The notes under the pieces: generated by a model
Seen by the model: the letters and a program-made list of their open reading frames with translations, nothing else
What the model was told of the DNA's origin: nothing
The model's database searches: none
Source: the human T2T-CHM13v2.0 reference genome, Homo sapiens
NCBI RefSeq assembly: GCF_009914755.1
Contig: NC_060931.1
Length of the DNA stretch: 64,000 nt
Strand: one strand, 5' to 3'
Part shown: piece after piece, positions 14,701 to 27,999 of the stretch
Layout of the letters: every line of letters starts with the position of its first letter
How positions within the stretch are numbered: the stretch's first letter is position 1
Translations under genes and position numbers: made by a program

Positions 14701-17700
14701 AAGATATTTCCTTTCCACCATAGGCCTCAAAGCACTCCAATTGACCACTTGCAGATAGTTCAAAAAGGGAGTTTCAAAACTGCTCAATCAAAAGTAAATT
14801 TCAACTCGGTGAGATGAATGCACATATCAGAAATTAGTTTGTCATAATGCTTCTGTCTAATTTTTATGTGAACATATCTCCTTTTCTACCATAGACTCAA
14901 AGCACTCCAAATGTCCACTTGCAGATTCTACAAAAAGAGTGTTTCCAAACTGCTCAATAAAAAGATAGGTTCAACTCTGTGAGATGAATGCACACAACAC
15001 AAAGAAGCTTCTCAGAATTCTTCTGTCTCGCTTTTATGTGAGATATTTCTTTTTCCACCATGGACCTCAAAGCGCTCCAAATGTTCACTTGCAGATTCTA
15101 CAAAAAGAGCATTTCAAAAGTGCTCAATCAAAAGAAAATTTCAAACCTGTGAGATGGATGCACGCATCAAAAAGAATTTTCTCAGTATGATTCTGTCTAG
15201 TTTTTATGTGAAGATATTGCCTTTTCCACCGTAGGCCTCAAAGCCCTCCAAATGCCCACTTGCATATTATACAAAAAGAGTGTTTCAAAACTGCTCAATG
15301 AAAAGAAACGTTCAAATCTGTGAGATGAATGCGCACATCACAAAGAAGTTTCTCAGAATATTTTGGTATAGTTTTTATGTGAAGATATTTGCTTTTCCAA
15401 AACAGGTCTCAAAGCGCTCCAAATATCCCCTTGCAGATACTACAAAAAGAGTGTTTCACATCTGCTCAATCAAAAGGAAGTTTCAACTCTATGAGATGAA
15501 TGCACACATCACAAGGAAATTGTCAGAATGCTTCTGTCTAGTTTTTATGTGAAGATATTTCCTTTTCTACCTTAGTCCTCAGAGCACTCCAATCGTCCAC
15601 TTACAGACTCTACAAAAGGGAGTTTCCAAACTACTCATTAAAAGAAAGGTTCAACTCTGTGAGACGAATACACACATCACAAGGAAATTTGTCACAATGC
15701 TTCTGTCTAGTTTTTATGTGAAGATATTTCCTTTCCACCATATGCCTCAAAGGCCTCCAAATGTCCACTTGCAGACAGTTCAAAAAGGGTGTTTCAAAAC
15801 TGCTTTATCAAAAGTAAGTTTCAAATCTGTGAGATGAATGCACATATCACAAAGAAGTTTGTCATAATGCTTCTGTGCAGTTTTTACCTGAAGATATTTT
15901 CTTTTCTCAATAGACCGCAAAGCTCTCAAAATGTCCAATTGCAGATTCTACAAAAAGAGTGTTTCCAAACTGCTCAATGAAAAGAAAGCTTCAACTCTGT
16001 GAGATGAATGCACACGTCACAATGAAGTATGTCAGAATGCTTCTGTATAGTTTTTACGTGAAGATATTTCGTTTTCCACCATAAGCCACCAACCGCTCCA
16101 AATGTCCACTTGCAGATTCTACAAAAAGAGTGTTTCAAAGCTGCTCAATCGAAAGAAAAGTTCAACTATGTGAGATGAATGCACACATCACAAAAAAGTT
16201 TCTCAGAATGCTTCTCTCTAGTTTTTATGTGAAGATATTTCGTTTTCCACCATAGGCCTCTGAGCGCTCCAAATGTCCACTTTCAGATTCTACAAAAAGA
16301 GTGTTTAAAATCTGCTCAATCGAAAGTAAGTTTCAACTCTGTGAGATCAATGCACACATCACAAAGAAGTTTGTGAGAATGCTTCCATCTAGTTTTTATG
16401 TGAAGATACTTCCTTTTCCACCAGAGGCCAGAAAGCGCTCCAAATGTCCACTTGCAGATTCTACAAAAAGTGTGTTTCAAAACTGCTCAATTAAAAGAAA
16501 GGCTCAACTTTGTGAGAAGAATGCTCACATCAGAAATAAGTTTCTCAGAATGCTGCTGTCTAGTTCTTGAGGGAAGATATTTCCTTTTCCACCATAGGCC
16601 TCAAAGCGCTCCAAATGTTCACAGGCAGATTCTACAAAAACAGAGTTTCCAAACTACTCAATCACAGGAAAGGTTCAAGTCTGTGAGATGAATCCTCAGG
16701 TCACAAAGAAATTTGTCAGAATGCTTGTGTCTCGTTTTTATGTGAAGATATTTTGTTTTCCACCATGGGCCTCAAAGCACTCCAAATGCTCACTTAACAA
16801 TTGTACAAAGAGAGTGTTTCAAAACTGCTCAATGAAAAGTAAGGTTCACCTCTGTGAGATGGATGCACATATCACAAAGAAGTTTGTTAAAATCCTTCTG
16901 TCCAGTTTTTATGTGATGATATTTCCTTTTCCACCATAGGCCTCAAATCGCTACAAATGTCCACATGCAGATTCTACAAAAAGAATGTTTCCAAACTGCA
17001 CAATCAATAGAAAGAGTCAACACTGTGAGGTGAATGCCCACGTCACAAAGAAGTTTCTCAGAATGCTTCAGACTAGGTTTTATGTGAAGATATTTCCATT
17101 TCCACCGTAGGCCTCAAAGCGCTCCAAATGTCCACTTGTAGACTCTACAAAAAGAGTGTTTCAAAACTGTTCAATCAAAAGAAAGTTGCAACTGTGTGAG
17201 ATGAATGCACACATCACAAAGAATTTTCTCAGAATGATTCTGTCTAGTTTTTATGTGAAGATATTTCCTTTTCCACCATAGGCCTCAAAGCGCTACTAAT
17301 GTCCACTTGCAGATTCTACAAAAAGAGGGTTTCAAACTGCTCAATCAAAAGAAAGGTTAAATTCTGTGAGATGAATGCACACATCACAAAGAAGTTTGTG
17401 AGAATGTTTCTGTCTAGGTTTTATGTGAAGCTATTTCCTTATCCATCATAGTCCACAAAGCGCTCCAAATATCCACTTGCAGATTCTACGAAATGAGGGT
17501 TTCCAAACTACTCAATCAAAAGAAAGGTCCAACTCTGTGAGATGAATGCACACATCACAAAGAAATTTGACAGAATGACTCTGTCTAGTTTTTATGTGAA
17601 GATATTTCCTTTCCACCATAGGCCTCAAAGCACTCCAAATGACCACTTGCAGATAGTTCAAAAAGGGTGTTTCAAAACTGCTCAATCAAAAGTATGTTTC

Positions 17701-20700
17701 AACTCTGTGAGATGAATGCACGTATCACAAAGTAGTTTGTCATAATGCTTCTGTCTAATTTTTATGTGAAGATATTTCCCTTTCTACCATCGCCTCAAAG
17801 CGCTCCAAATGTCCACTTGCAGATTCTACAAAAAGATTGTTTCCAAACTGCTCAATAAAAAGGAAGGTTCAACTCTTTGAGATGAATGCACACAACACAA
17901 GGAAGCTTCTCAGAATGTTTCTCTCTCTCTCTTATGTGAAGATATTTCCTTTTCCACCATGGGCCTCAAAGCCCTCCAAATGTCCCCTTGCAGATTCTTC
18001 AAAAAGAGTGTTTCAAAACTGCTCAATTGAAAGCAAGTTTCAAACCTATGAGATGAATGCGTGCATCAAAAGGAAGTTTCTCAGAATGCTTCTGTCTAGT
18101 TTTTATGTGAAGCTATTTCCTTTTCCACCGTAGGCCTCAAAGCCCTCCAAATGTCCACTTGCATATTATACAAAAAGAGTTTTTCAAAACTGTTCAATAA
18201 AAAGAAATATTCAACTCCGTGAGATGAATGCCCACATCACAAAGAAGTTTCTCAGAATGTTTCTGTATAGTTTTTATGTGAAGATATTTCCTTTTCCAAA
18301 ACAGGCCTCAAAGCACTCCAAATGTCCACTTGCAGATACTACAAAAAGTGTGTTTCAGATCTGCTCAATCAAAAGAAAGTTTCAACTGTATGAGATGCTT
18401 GCACACTTCGTAAGGAAATTTGTCAGAATGCTTCTGTCTAGTTTTTATGTGAAAATATTTCCTTTTCCACCATTGGCCTCTAAGCACTCTGAAAGTCCAC
18501 TTGCAGATAGTAGAAAAAGGGTGTTTCAAAACTGGACAGAAACATTATGACAAACTTCTTTGTGATATGTGCCTTCATCTCACAGAGTTGAACATTTCTT
18601 TTGATTGAGCAGTTTTACAACACTATTTTTCTAGAATCTGCAGTGTACATTAGGAGTGCTTTGAGGCCTATGGTGGAAAAGGATATATCTTCACATGAAA
18701 ACTTGACAGAAGCATTCTGACAAACTTCTTGTGATGTGTGCATTCATCTCACGGCATTGATCTTTTCTGTTGATTGAGCACCTTTCAAACAATCTTTTTG
18801 AAGAATCTGTCTGTGGACATTTGGAGCACTTTGGGGTCTATGGTGGAAAAGAATTTATCTTCACATAAAAACAAGACAGAAGAATTCTGACAAACTTCTT
18901 TATGATGTGTGCATTCACCTCACAGAGTTGAACCTAACTTTTCATTGAGCAGATTTGAAACACTCTTTTTGTAGTATCTGCAAGTGGACATTTGGAGCAC
19001 TTTGAGGCCTATGGTGGAAAAGGAAATATCTTCACATAAAAACTACACAGAAGCATTCTGACAAACTCCTTTGTGACGTGGGCATTCCTCTCACAGAGTT
19101 GAACGTTTCTTTTAATTGGGAAGTTCTCAAACACCCTTTTTGTAGAATCTGTGAGTGGATATTTGGAGCGCTTTGAGGCCTATGGTGGAAAAGGAAATAT
19201 CTTCACATAAAAATTAGACCGAAGAATTCTGACAAAGTACATTGTGATGCGTGCATTCATCTCAGAGAGTTGAACCTTACTTTTCATTGAGCAGTTTTGA
19301 AACACTCTTTTTGTAGAATCTGCAAGTGGACATTTGGTGCGCTGTGAGGCCTATGGTGGAAAGGGAAATATCTTCACATAAAAACTAGACAGAAGCATTA
19401 TGACAAACTTCTTTGTGATGTGTGCATTCATCTCACAGAGTTGAGTCTTTCTTTTGTTTGAGAAGCTTTGAAACACTCTTTTTGTAGAATCTGCATTTGG
19501 ACATTTGTTGTGCTTTGAGGCCTTTGGTGGAAAAGGAAATAACTTCACATAAAAACTACACAGAAGCATTCTGACAAACTTCTTTGTGATATGTGCATTT
19601 ATCTCAAACAGTTGAACCTTACTTTTGATTGAGCAGTTTTGAAAGATCCTTTATGTACTATCCGGAAGTGGACATTTTGAGTGATTTGAGGCCTAAGGTA
19701 GAAAAGAAAATACCTTCACATAAGAACTAGACTGAAGCATTCTGAGAAATTTCTTGGTGATGTGTGCATTCATGTCACAGACTTGAAATTTTCTTTAGAT
19801 TGAGGAGATTTGAAACACTCTATTTGTAGGATCTGCAAGTGGACATTTGGAGCACATTGAGGCCTATGATGGAAAAGGAAATATCTTCAGATAAAAACTG
19901 GTGAGAAGCATTCTGCAAACTTCTTTGTGGTGTGTGCATTCATCACACAGATTGGAACATTTCCTTTCATTGAGCAGCTTTGAAATCCTCTTTTTGTAGC
20001 ATCTGCAAGTGGACATTTGGAGCGCTTTGTGGCCTATGGTGGAAAAGGAATATCTTCACATAAAAATTAGACTGAAGCATTCTGACAAACTTCTTTTTGA
20101 TGTGTGCATTCATCTCACAGAGTTGAACCTTACTTTTCATTGAGCAGTTTTGAAACACTGTTTTTGTGGGACGTGCAAGTGGACATTTGGAGCGCTTTGA
20201 GGCCTATGATGGAAAAGGAAATATCTTCGCAGAAAAAACTAGACAGAAGCATTGTGACAAAGTTCTTTGTGATGTGTGCATTCATCTCACAGAGTTGAAT
20301 GCTTCTATTGATTGAGCAGCTTTGAAACACTCCTTTGTAGAATCTGCAAGTGGACATTTGGAGCGCTTTGAAGCCTATGGTGGAAAAGGAAATACCTTCA
20401 CATGAAAACTAGACAGAAGCATTCTCACAATCTTCTTTGTGATGTGGGCATTTATCTCACAGAGTTGAAGCTTACTATTCATTGATTAGTTTTGAAACAC
20501 TTTTTTTGCAGAATCTGCAAGTGGACATTTAGAGCGCTTTGAGGCCTATGATGGAAAAGGAAATATCTTCACAAAAAAACTAGACAGAAGCATTCAAACA
20601 AACTTCTTTGAGACGTGTGCCTTCATCTCACAGAGTTGAAACTTTCTTTTGATGGAGGAGCTTTGAAACATCCATTTTGTAGTATCTGCAAGTGGACATT

Positions 20701-23700
20701 TGGAGCGTTTTGAGGCTTATGTTGGAAAAGCAAATACTTTCATATAAAAACTAGACGGAAGCATTCTGACAAACTTCTTTGTGATGTGTGCATTCATCTC
20801 ACAGAGTTGAACCTTACTTTTCATTGAGCAGTTTTGAAACACTCTTTTTGTAGAATCTGCAAGTGGACTTTTGGAGCCCTTTGGGGCCTATGGTGGAAAA
20901 GGAAATATCTTCACTTAAAAACTAGATGGAAATATTCTGACAAACTTCTTTGTGATGTGTGCATTCATCTCACCGAGTAGAAACTTTATTTTGATTGGGC
21001 AGATTTGAAACACTCTTTTTGTAGAATCTGCAAGTGGACATTTGGAATGCTTGAAGACTATGGTGGAAAAGGAAATATCATCACATATAAACAAGACAGA
21101 AGCATTCGGACAAACTTCTTTGTGAAGAGGACACTCATCTCACAGAGTCGAACCTTTCTTTTGATTGAGCATCTTTGAAACACTCTTTTTGTAGAATCTT
21201 CAAGTGGACATTATGAGCGCTTTGAGACCTATGGTGGAAAAGGAAGTATCTTCACATAATAACTAGACAGAAGCATCTGACACACTTCTTTGTGATGTGT
21301 GCATTCACTTTGAGGCCTATGGTTACAAAGGAATTATCTTCACATAAAAACCAGACAGAAGCATTCTCACAATCTTCTTTGTGATGTGTGCATTCATCTC
21401 ACAGAGTTCAACATTTCTTTTGATTGAGCAGCTTTGAAACACTCTTTTTGTAGAATCTGCAAGCAGACATTTGGAGCGCTTTTAGGCCTATGGTGGAAAA
21501 GGAAGTATCTTCACATAATAACTAGAAAAAAGCATTCTGACACACTTCTTTGTGATGTGTGCATTCATTTCACAGAGTTGACCCTTACTTTTCATTGAGC
21601 GGTTTTGAAACACTCTTTTTGTAGAATCTGCAATTGGACATTTGGAGTGCTTTGAGGCCTATGGGGGAAAAGAAAATATCTTCACATAAATACTAGAGAG
21701 AAGCATTCTGACATTCTTCTCTGTGATGTGTGCATTCATCTCACAGAATCCAACCTTTCTTTTGGTTGAGCAGCTTTGAAACACTCTTTCTGTAGAATCT
21801 GCAAGTGCACATTTGGAGTGCTTTGAGGCCTATGGTGGAAAAGGAAATATCTTCAGATAAAAACTAGACAGAAGCATTCTGACAAACTTCTTTGTGATGT
21901 GTACACTCATCTCACAGAGTTGGACCTTAATTTTCATTGAGCAGTTTTGAAACCCTCTTTTTGTAGAATCTCCGAGTGGACATTTGGAGCGCTTTGAGTA
22001 CTATGTTGGAAAAGGGAATATATTGACATAAAAACTAGACAGAAGCATTCTTACAAACTTCTTTGTTATGTGTGCACTGATCTCACAGAGTTTAACCATT
22101 CTTTGATTGAGCAGCTTTGATACACTCTTTTTGTAGAATCTGCAAGTGGACATTTGTACTGCTTTTAGGTCTACGGTGAAAAAGGAAATATCATAACATA
22201 AAAATTAGCAGAAGCATTCTGACAAACTTCTTTGTAATGTGTGCATTCATCTCACAAAGTTCAACATTTCTTTTGATTGAGCTGCTTTGAAACACATTTT
22301 TTGTAGAATCTGAGACTGGACATTTGGAGTGCTTTGAGGCCTATGGTGGAAAAAGAAATATTTTCATATAAAAACTAGACAGAAGAATTCTGAGAAACAT
22401 CTTTGTGATTTGTGCCTTCATCTCATACAGCAGAAAATTACTTTTCATTGAGCACTTTTGAAACATTCTTTTTGTAGAATCTGCAAGTGGACATTTTTAG
22501 CGCTCTGAAGCCTATGGTGGAAAAGGAAATATCTTCACATGAATACTGGACAGAAGCATTCTGACAAACTTCTGTGTGATGTGTGCATTCATCTCACAGA
22601 TTTGAACATTTCTTTTGATTGAGCAGCTTTGAAACACTCTTTTTGTAGGATATGCAAGTGGACATTTTTTTCGCTTTGAGACTTATGGTGGAAAAGGAAA
22701 TATCTTCACATAAAACTAGACAGAAGCATTCTCAGAAACTACTTTGTGATGTATGCATTCAACTCAGAGAGCTGAACATTTCTATTGATAGAGTAGTTTT
22801 GAAACTCCCTTTCTGAAGAAAATGTAAGTGGATATTTGGGGCGCTTTGAGCTCTATAGTGGAAATGAAATATTTTCACATAAAAACCAGACAGGAGGATT
22901 TTCTGAAACTTCTTTGTGATGTGTGCATTCAACTCACAGAGTTGAACCTTTCTTTTGATAGAGCAGTTTTTAAACACTCTTTTTGTAGAATCTGCAAGTG
23001 GATATTTGAAGCACTTTGAGGCCCATGGTGGAAAAAGAAATATCTTCACATAAAAACTAGATGGAAGCATTCTGGGAAACTTCTTTGTGATGTGTACATT
23101 CAACTCACAGAGTTGAATCTATGTTTTGATAGAACAGTTTTTAAACACTCTTTTTGGAGAATATGTAAGTGGATATTTGATTCCCTTTGAAGCCAATGTT
23201 GGAAAACGAAATATCTTCACATAAAACCTAGATAGAAGCATTCTGAGGAACTTCTTTGTGATGTGTGCATTCATCTCCCAGAAGTGAACATTTCTTTTGA
23301 TGGACCAAATTTGAAATACACTTTTTGTAGAACGTGCAAGCGGACATTTCGAGCGCCTTGAGGCCTATGGTGGAAAAGGAAATATCTTCATATAAAAGCT
23401 AGACAGAAGAATTCTGACAAACTTCTTTGTGATGTGTGCATTCAACAAACAGAGTTGAAATTTTCTTTGATTTAGCAGTTTGGAAACACTATTTTTGTAG
23501 AATCTGAAAGTGGACATTTGGAGCGCTTTGTGGCCTATGGTAGAAAAGGAAATATCTTCACATAAAATCTAGAGAGAAGTAATATGAGAAAATTCTTAGT
23601 GATCTGTGCATTCATCTCACAGAGTTCAAACTTCTTTTGATTGAGCAACTTTGAAACTCTATTTTTGTAGAATCTGCAAGTGGAAATTTGGAGCGTTTTG

Positions 23701-24663
23701 AGGCCTATGGTGGAAAAGAAAATGTCTTCACATAAAAACTAGAGAGAAGAATTCTGAGAAACTACTTTGTGACTTAGGCATTCATATCCCAGAGTTGAAA
23801 CTTCCTTTTGTTTGAGAAGTTTGGAAACTCCTTTTTTTAGAATCTGCTAGTGGACATTTGAAGCGCTTTGTGGCCTATGGTAGAAAAGGAAATATCTTCA
23901 CATAAAAATTCTCAGAAGAATTCTGAGAAACTTCTTTGTGATGTGTGCATTCAACTCACAGAGTTGAACTTATCTTTTGATTGAGCAGCTTTGAAACACT
24001 CTTTTTGCAGAATCTGAAAGTGGATATTGGGAGTGCTATGAGCACTATGGTGGAAAAGGAAATATCTTCACATAAAAACTAGACAGAAGCATTCTCAGAA
24101 ACTACTTTGTGATGTGTGCATTCAACTCACAGAGTTGAACAATTCTTTTGATAGAGCAGTGTTGAAACTATCTTTTTCTAGAATCTGCAAGTGGATATTT
24201 GGAGCGCTTTGAGGCCTGTGGTGGAAAAGGAAGTATCTTCACATAAAAACTAGACAGAAGAATTCTCAGAAACTTCTTTGTGATGTGTGCATTCAACTCA
24301 CAGTGTTGAACCTTTCCTTTAATAGAGCAGTTTGGAAACATTCTTTTTGTAGAATCTGCAAGTAGATATTTGGAGCGCTTTGAGAACTATGGTGGAAAAG
24401 GAAATATCTTCACATAAAAACTAGACAGAAGCATTCTTATAAACTTCTTTGCGAACTGTGCATTCAATTCACAGAGTCAGACTTTCTTTTGATAGAGCAG
24501 TTTTGAAACTCTCTTTTTGTAGAATCTGCTATTGGATATTTGGAGCACTTTGAGGCCTATGGTGGAAAAGGAAATATCTTCACAAAAAAAAACTAGACAG
24601 AAGCATTCTCAGAAACATCGTTCTGATGTGTGAATTCATCTCATAGAGTTGAACCTCTCTTTT

Positions 24664-24963
<300 letters not shown>

Positions 24964-26671
24964 TGAACCTCTCTTTTGAAAGAGCAGTTTTGAAGCTCTC
25001 TTTTTTAGAGCCTGCAAGTGGATATTTCGAGCGCTTTCAGGCCTGTGGTGGAAGAGGAAATATCTTCACATAAAAACTAGACAGAAGCATTCTGATTAAC
25101 TTCTTTGTGATGCATCCATTCAACTTACAGAGTTGAACCATTCTTTTGATAGAGGAGTTTTGTAATTCTCTTTTGAAGAAAATGCAAGTGGATATTTGGA
25201 GAGCTTTGAGGTCTACTGTGGAAAAGGAAATATCTTCACATAAAAACTAGACAGAAGCATTCTCCGAAATTTCTCTGTGATGTGTGCATTCAACTCACAG
25301 AGATGATCCATTCATTTGATAGTGCACTTTTGAAACACTTTTGTGTAGAATCTGCAAGTGGATATTTGCAGCGCTTTGAGAACTATCGGGGAAAAGGAAA
25401 TCTCTTCACATAAAAACTACACAGAAACATTCTCAGAAACTACTTTGTGATGCGGGCATTCAACTCACAGAGTTGAACCATTCTTTTGATAGAGCAGTTT
25501 AGAAACTCTCTTTTTGAAGAAAATGCAAGTGGATATTTGGAGCGTTTTGAGGCATATGGTGGAAAAGGAAATACCTTCACATAAAAACTAGACAGAAGCA
25601 TTCTCAGAAACTTCTTTGTGATGTGTGCATTCAACTCACAGAGTTGATCCATTCTTTTGATAGAGCAGTTTTGAAACACTCTTTTTGTAGAATCTGCAAG
25701 TGGATATTTGGGGGGCTTTGAGAACTATGGGGAAAAGGAAATATCTACAAATAAAAGTAGACAGAAGCATTCTCAGAAACCTCTTTGTGATGTGTTCATT
25801 CAACTCACAGAGTTGAACCTTCCTTTTGATGGAGCAGTTTTGAAACACTCTTTTTGTAGAATCTGCAAGTGGATATTTGGAGCGCTTCGAGGCCTATGGC
25901 GGAAAAGGAAACAACTTCACATAAAAATTAGGCAGAAGCCCTCTCCGGAACTTCTTTGTGATGAGTGCATTCAACACACAGAGTTGAACGTTTCTTTTCA
26001 TAGAGCAGCTTTGAAACACTCCTTTTGTAGAATATGCAAGTGGATATTTAGTTCCCCTTGAGGCCTATGTTGGAAAACGAAATATCTTCACATAAAAACT
26101 GGACAGAAGCATTCTAAGAAACTTCTTTTTGACGTGTGCATTCAACTCACAGAATTGAAGCTTTCTTTGGATAGAGCAGTTTTGAAACACTCTATTCTAG
26201 AATCTGATAGTGGATAAAATAGCGCTTAGAGGCCCATTGTGGGAAAGGAAATATCTTCACATAAAACTAGACAGAAGCATTCTTTGAATCTTTGTGATGT
26301 GTGTGTTCAACTCACAGTGTTGAACCTTTCTTTTGATAGAGCAGTTTTGAAAATCTCTTTTTGTAGAATCTGCAATTGGATATTTGGAGCACATTGAGGC
26401 TATGGCAGAAAAGGAAATATCTTCACAAAAAAACTAGACAGAAGCATTCTCAGAAACTACTTTGTGATGTGTACATTCAACTCAGAATGTTGAAGCTTTC
26501 GATTTATAGAATAGTTTTGAAACACCCTTTTTGTAGAATCTGCCAAGGGATACTTTGATCCCTTTGAGGCTTATGTTGGAAAACGCAATATCTTCACATA
26601 AAAACTAGACAGAAGCATTCTCAGAAACTTCTTTGTGATGTGTGCATTCAACTCAGAGACTTGAACATTTC

Positions 26672-27464
26672 TTTTTTTTATTATACTTTAAGTTTTAGGG
26701 TACATGTGCACATTGTGCAGGTTAGTTACATATGTATACATGTGCCATGCTGGTGCGCTGCACCCACTAACTCGTCATCTAGCATTAGGTATATCTCCCA
26801 ATGCTATCCCTACCCCCTCCCCCCACCCCACCACAGTCCCCAGAGTGTGATATTCCCCTTCCTGTGTCCATGTGATCTCATTGTTCAATTCCCACCTATG
26901 AGTGAGAATATGTGGTGTTTGGTTTTTTGTTCTTGTGATAGTTTACTGAGAATGATGATTTCCAATTTCATCCTTGTCCCTACAAAGGACATGAACTCAT
27001 CATTTTTTATGGCTGCATAGTATTCCATGGTGTATATGTGCCACATTTTCTTAATCCAGTCTATCATTGTTGGACATTTGGGTTGGTTCCAAGTCTTTGC
27101 TATTGTGAATAATGTCACAATAAACATACGTGTGCATGTGTCTTTATAGCAGCATGATTTATAGTCCTTTGGGTATATACCCAGTAATGGGATGGCTGGG
27201 TCAAATGGCATTTCTAGTTCTAGATCCCTGAGGAATCGCCACACTGGCTCATCATCACTGGCCATCAGAGAAATGCAAATCAAAACCACTATGAGACACC
27301 ATCTCACACCAGTTAGAATGGCAATCATTAAAAAGTCAGGAAACAACAGGTGCTGGAGAGGATGTGGAGAAATAGGAACACTTTTACACTGTTGGTGGGA
27401 CTGTAAACTAGTTCAACCATTGTGGAAGTCAGTGTGGCGATTCCTCAGGGATCTAGAACTAGAA
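26672..27464 (-). mobile_element. 5'-truncated L1 (L1PA2-like) with 5' inversion (twin priming): 3' UTR and ORF2 end on - strand (26672-27246), inverted ORF2 piece on + strand (27247-27464)
   Basis: TTATTATACTTTAAGTTTTAGGGTACATGTGCAC is the reverse complement of the L1 3' end. GACGAGTTAGT (GAG, not Ta ACA or pre-Ta ACG) and CTTAAAGTATAA argue against L1HS-Ta; AATATCACAC/GACTGTGGTG fit PA2. TSD is GAACATTT(C/G)TTTTT at 26663-26676 / 27462-27475. Confidence 0.95.
26885..27464. pseudogene. L1 ORF2p C-terminal remnant split over two strands
   Basis: + frame gives ...[56 protein letters not shown] (Cys-rich domain); - frame gives [30 protein letters not shown]...FSLIGGN (ORF2p C-terminus). No EN/RT domains or promoter are present. 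Confidence 0.9.
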
Positions 27465-27999
27465 CATTTGTTTTTATAGAGCAGTTTTGAAAATCTCTTT
27501 TTGTGGAGTCTGGAAGTGGATATTTGGTTCCCCATGAGGCCTATGTTGGAAAAGGAAATATCTTCACATAAAAACTAGACCGAAGCATTCTGTGAAACTT
27601 CTTTGTGATGTGTGCATTCAACTAACAGAGTTGATCCATTCTTCTGATAGAGCACATTTGAAACACTCCTTTTTTAGAATCTGCAAGTGGATATTGGGAA
27701 CGATTTGAGCACCATGGGGTAAAAGAAATATCTTCACATAAAAACTAGACAGGAACATTCTCAGAAACTACTTTGTGATGCGGGAATTCAACACTCAGAG
27801 CTGAACCATTGTTTTGATAGAGCAGTTTTGAAACTCTCCTTTTGAGGAAAATGCAAGTGGATATTTGGAGCACTTTGAGGCCTATGGTGGAAAAGGAAAT
27901 ATCTTCTCATAAACAATAGAAGGAAGTACTCTGAGAAACTTCTTTGTGATGTGTTCATTCAACTTACAGGGATGATCCATTCTTAGGATGGAGCAGTTT

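Larger units (their letters stand above)
1..18533 (-). repeat. Alpha satellite (ALR) divergent monomeric array, reverse of the CATTCTCAGAAAC convention; A-type (pJalpha-box) monomers, no CENP-B boxes seen
   Basis: ~171-bp periodic motif AACTGCTCAATCAAAAGAAAGGTTCAACTCTGTGAGATGAATGCACACATCACAAAGAAGTTTCTCAGAAT...CCTTTTCCACCATAGGCCTCAAAGCGCTCCAAATGTCCACTTGCAGATTCTACAAAAAGAG; neighbours are diverged; no TCCCGTTTCCAACGAA seen. Confidence 0.98.

Noticed and set aside
26885-27479. Chimeric ORFs spanning the L1 inversion as a new gene
   Set aside because: By-products of the inversion; no promoter or expression evidence.
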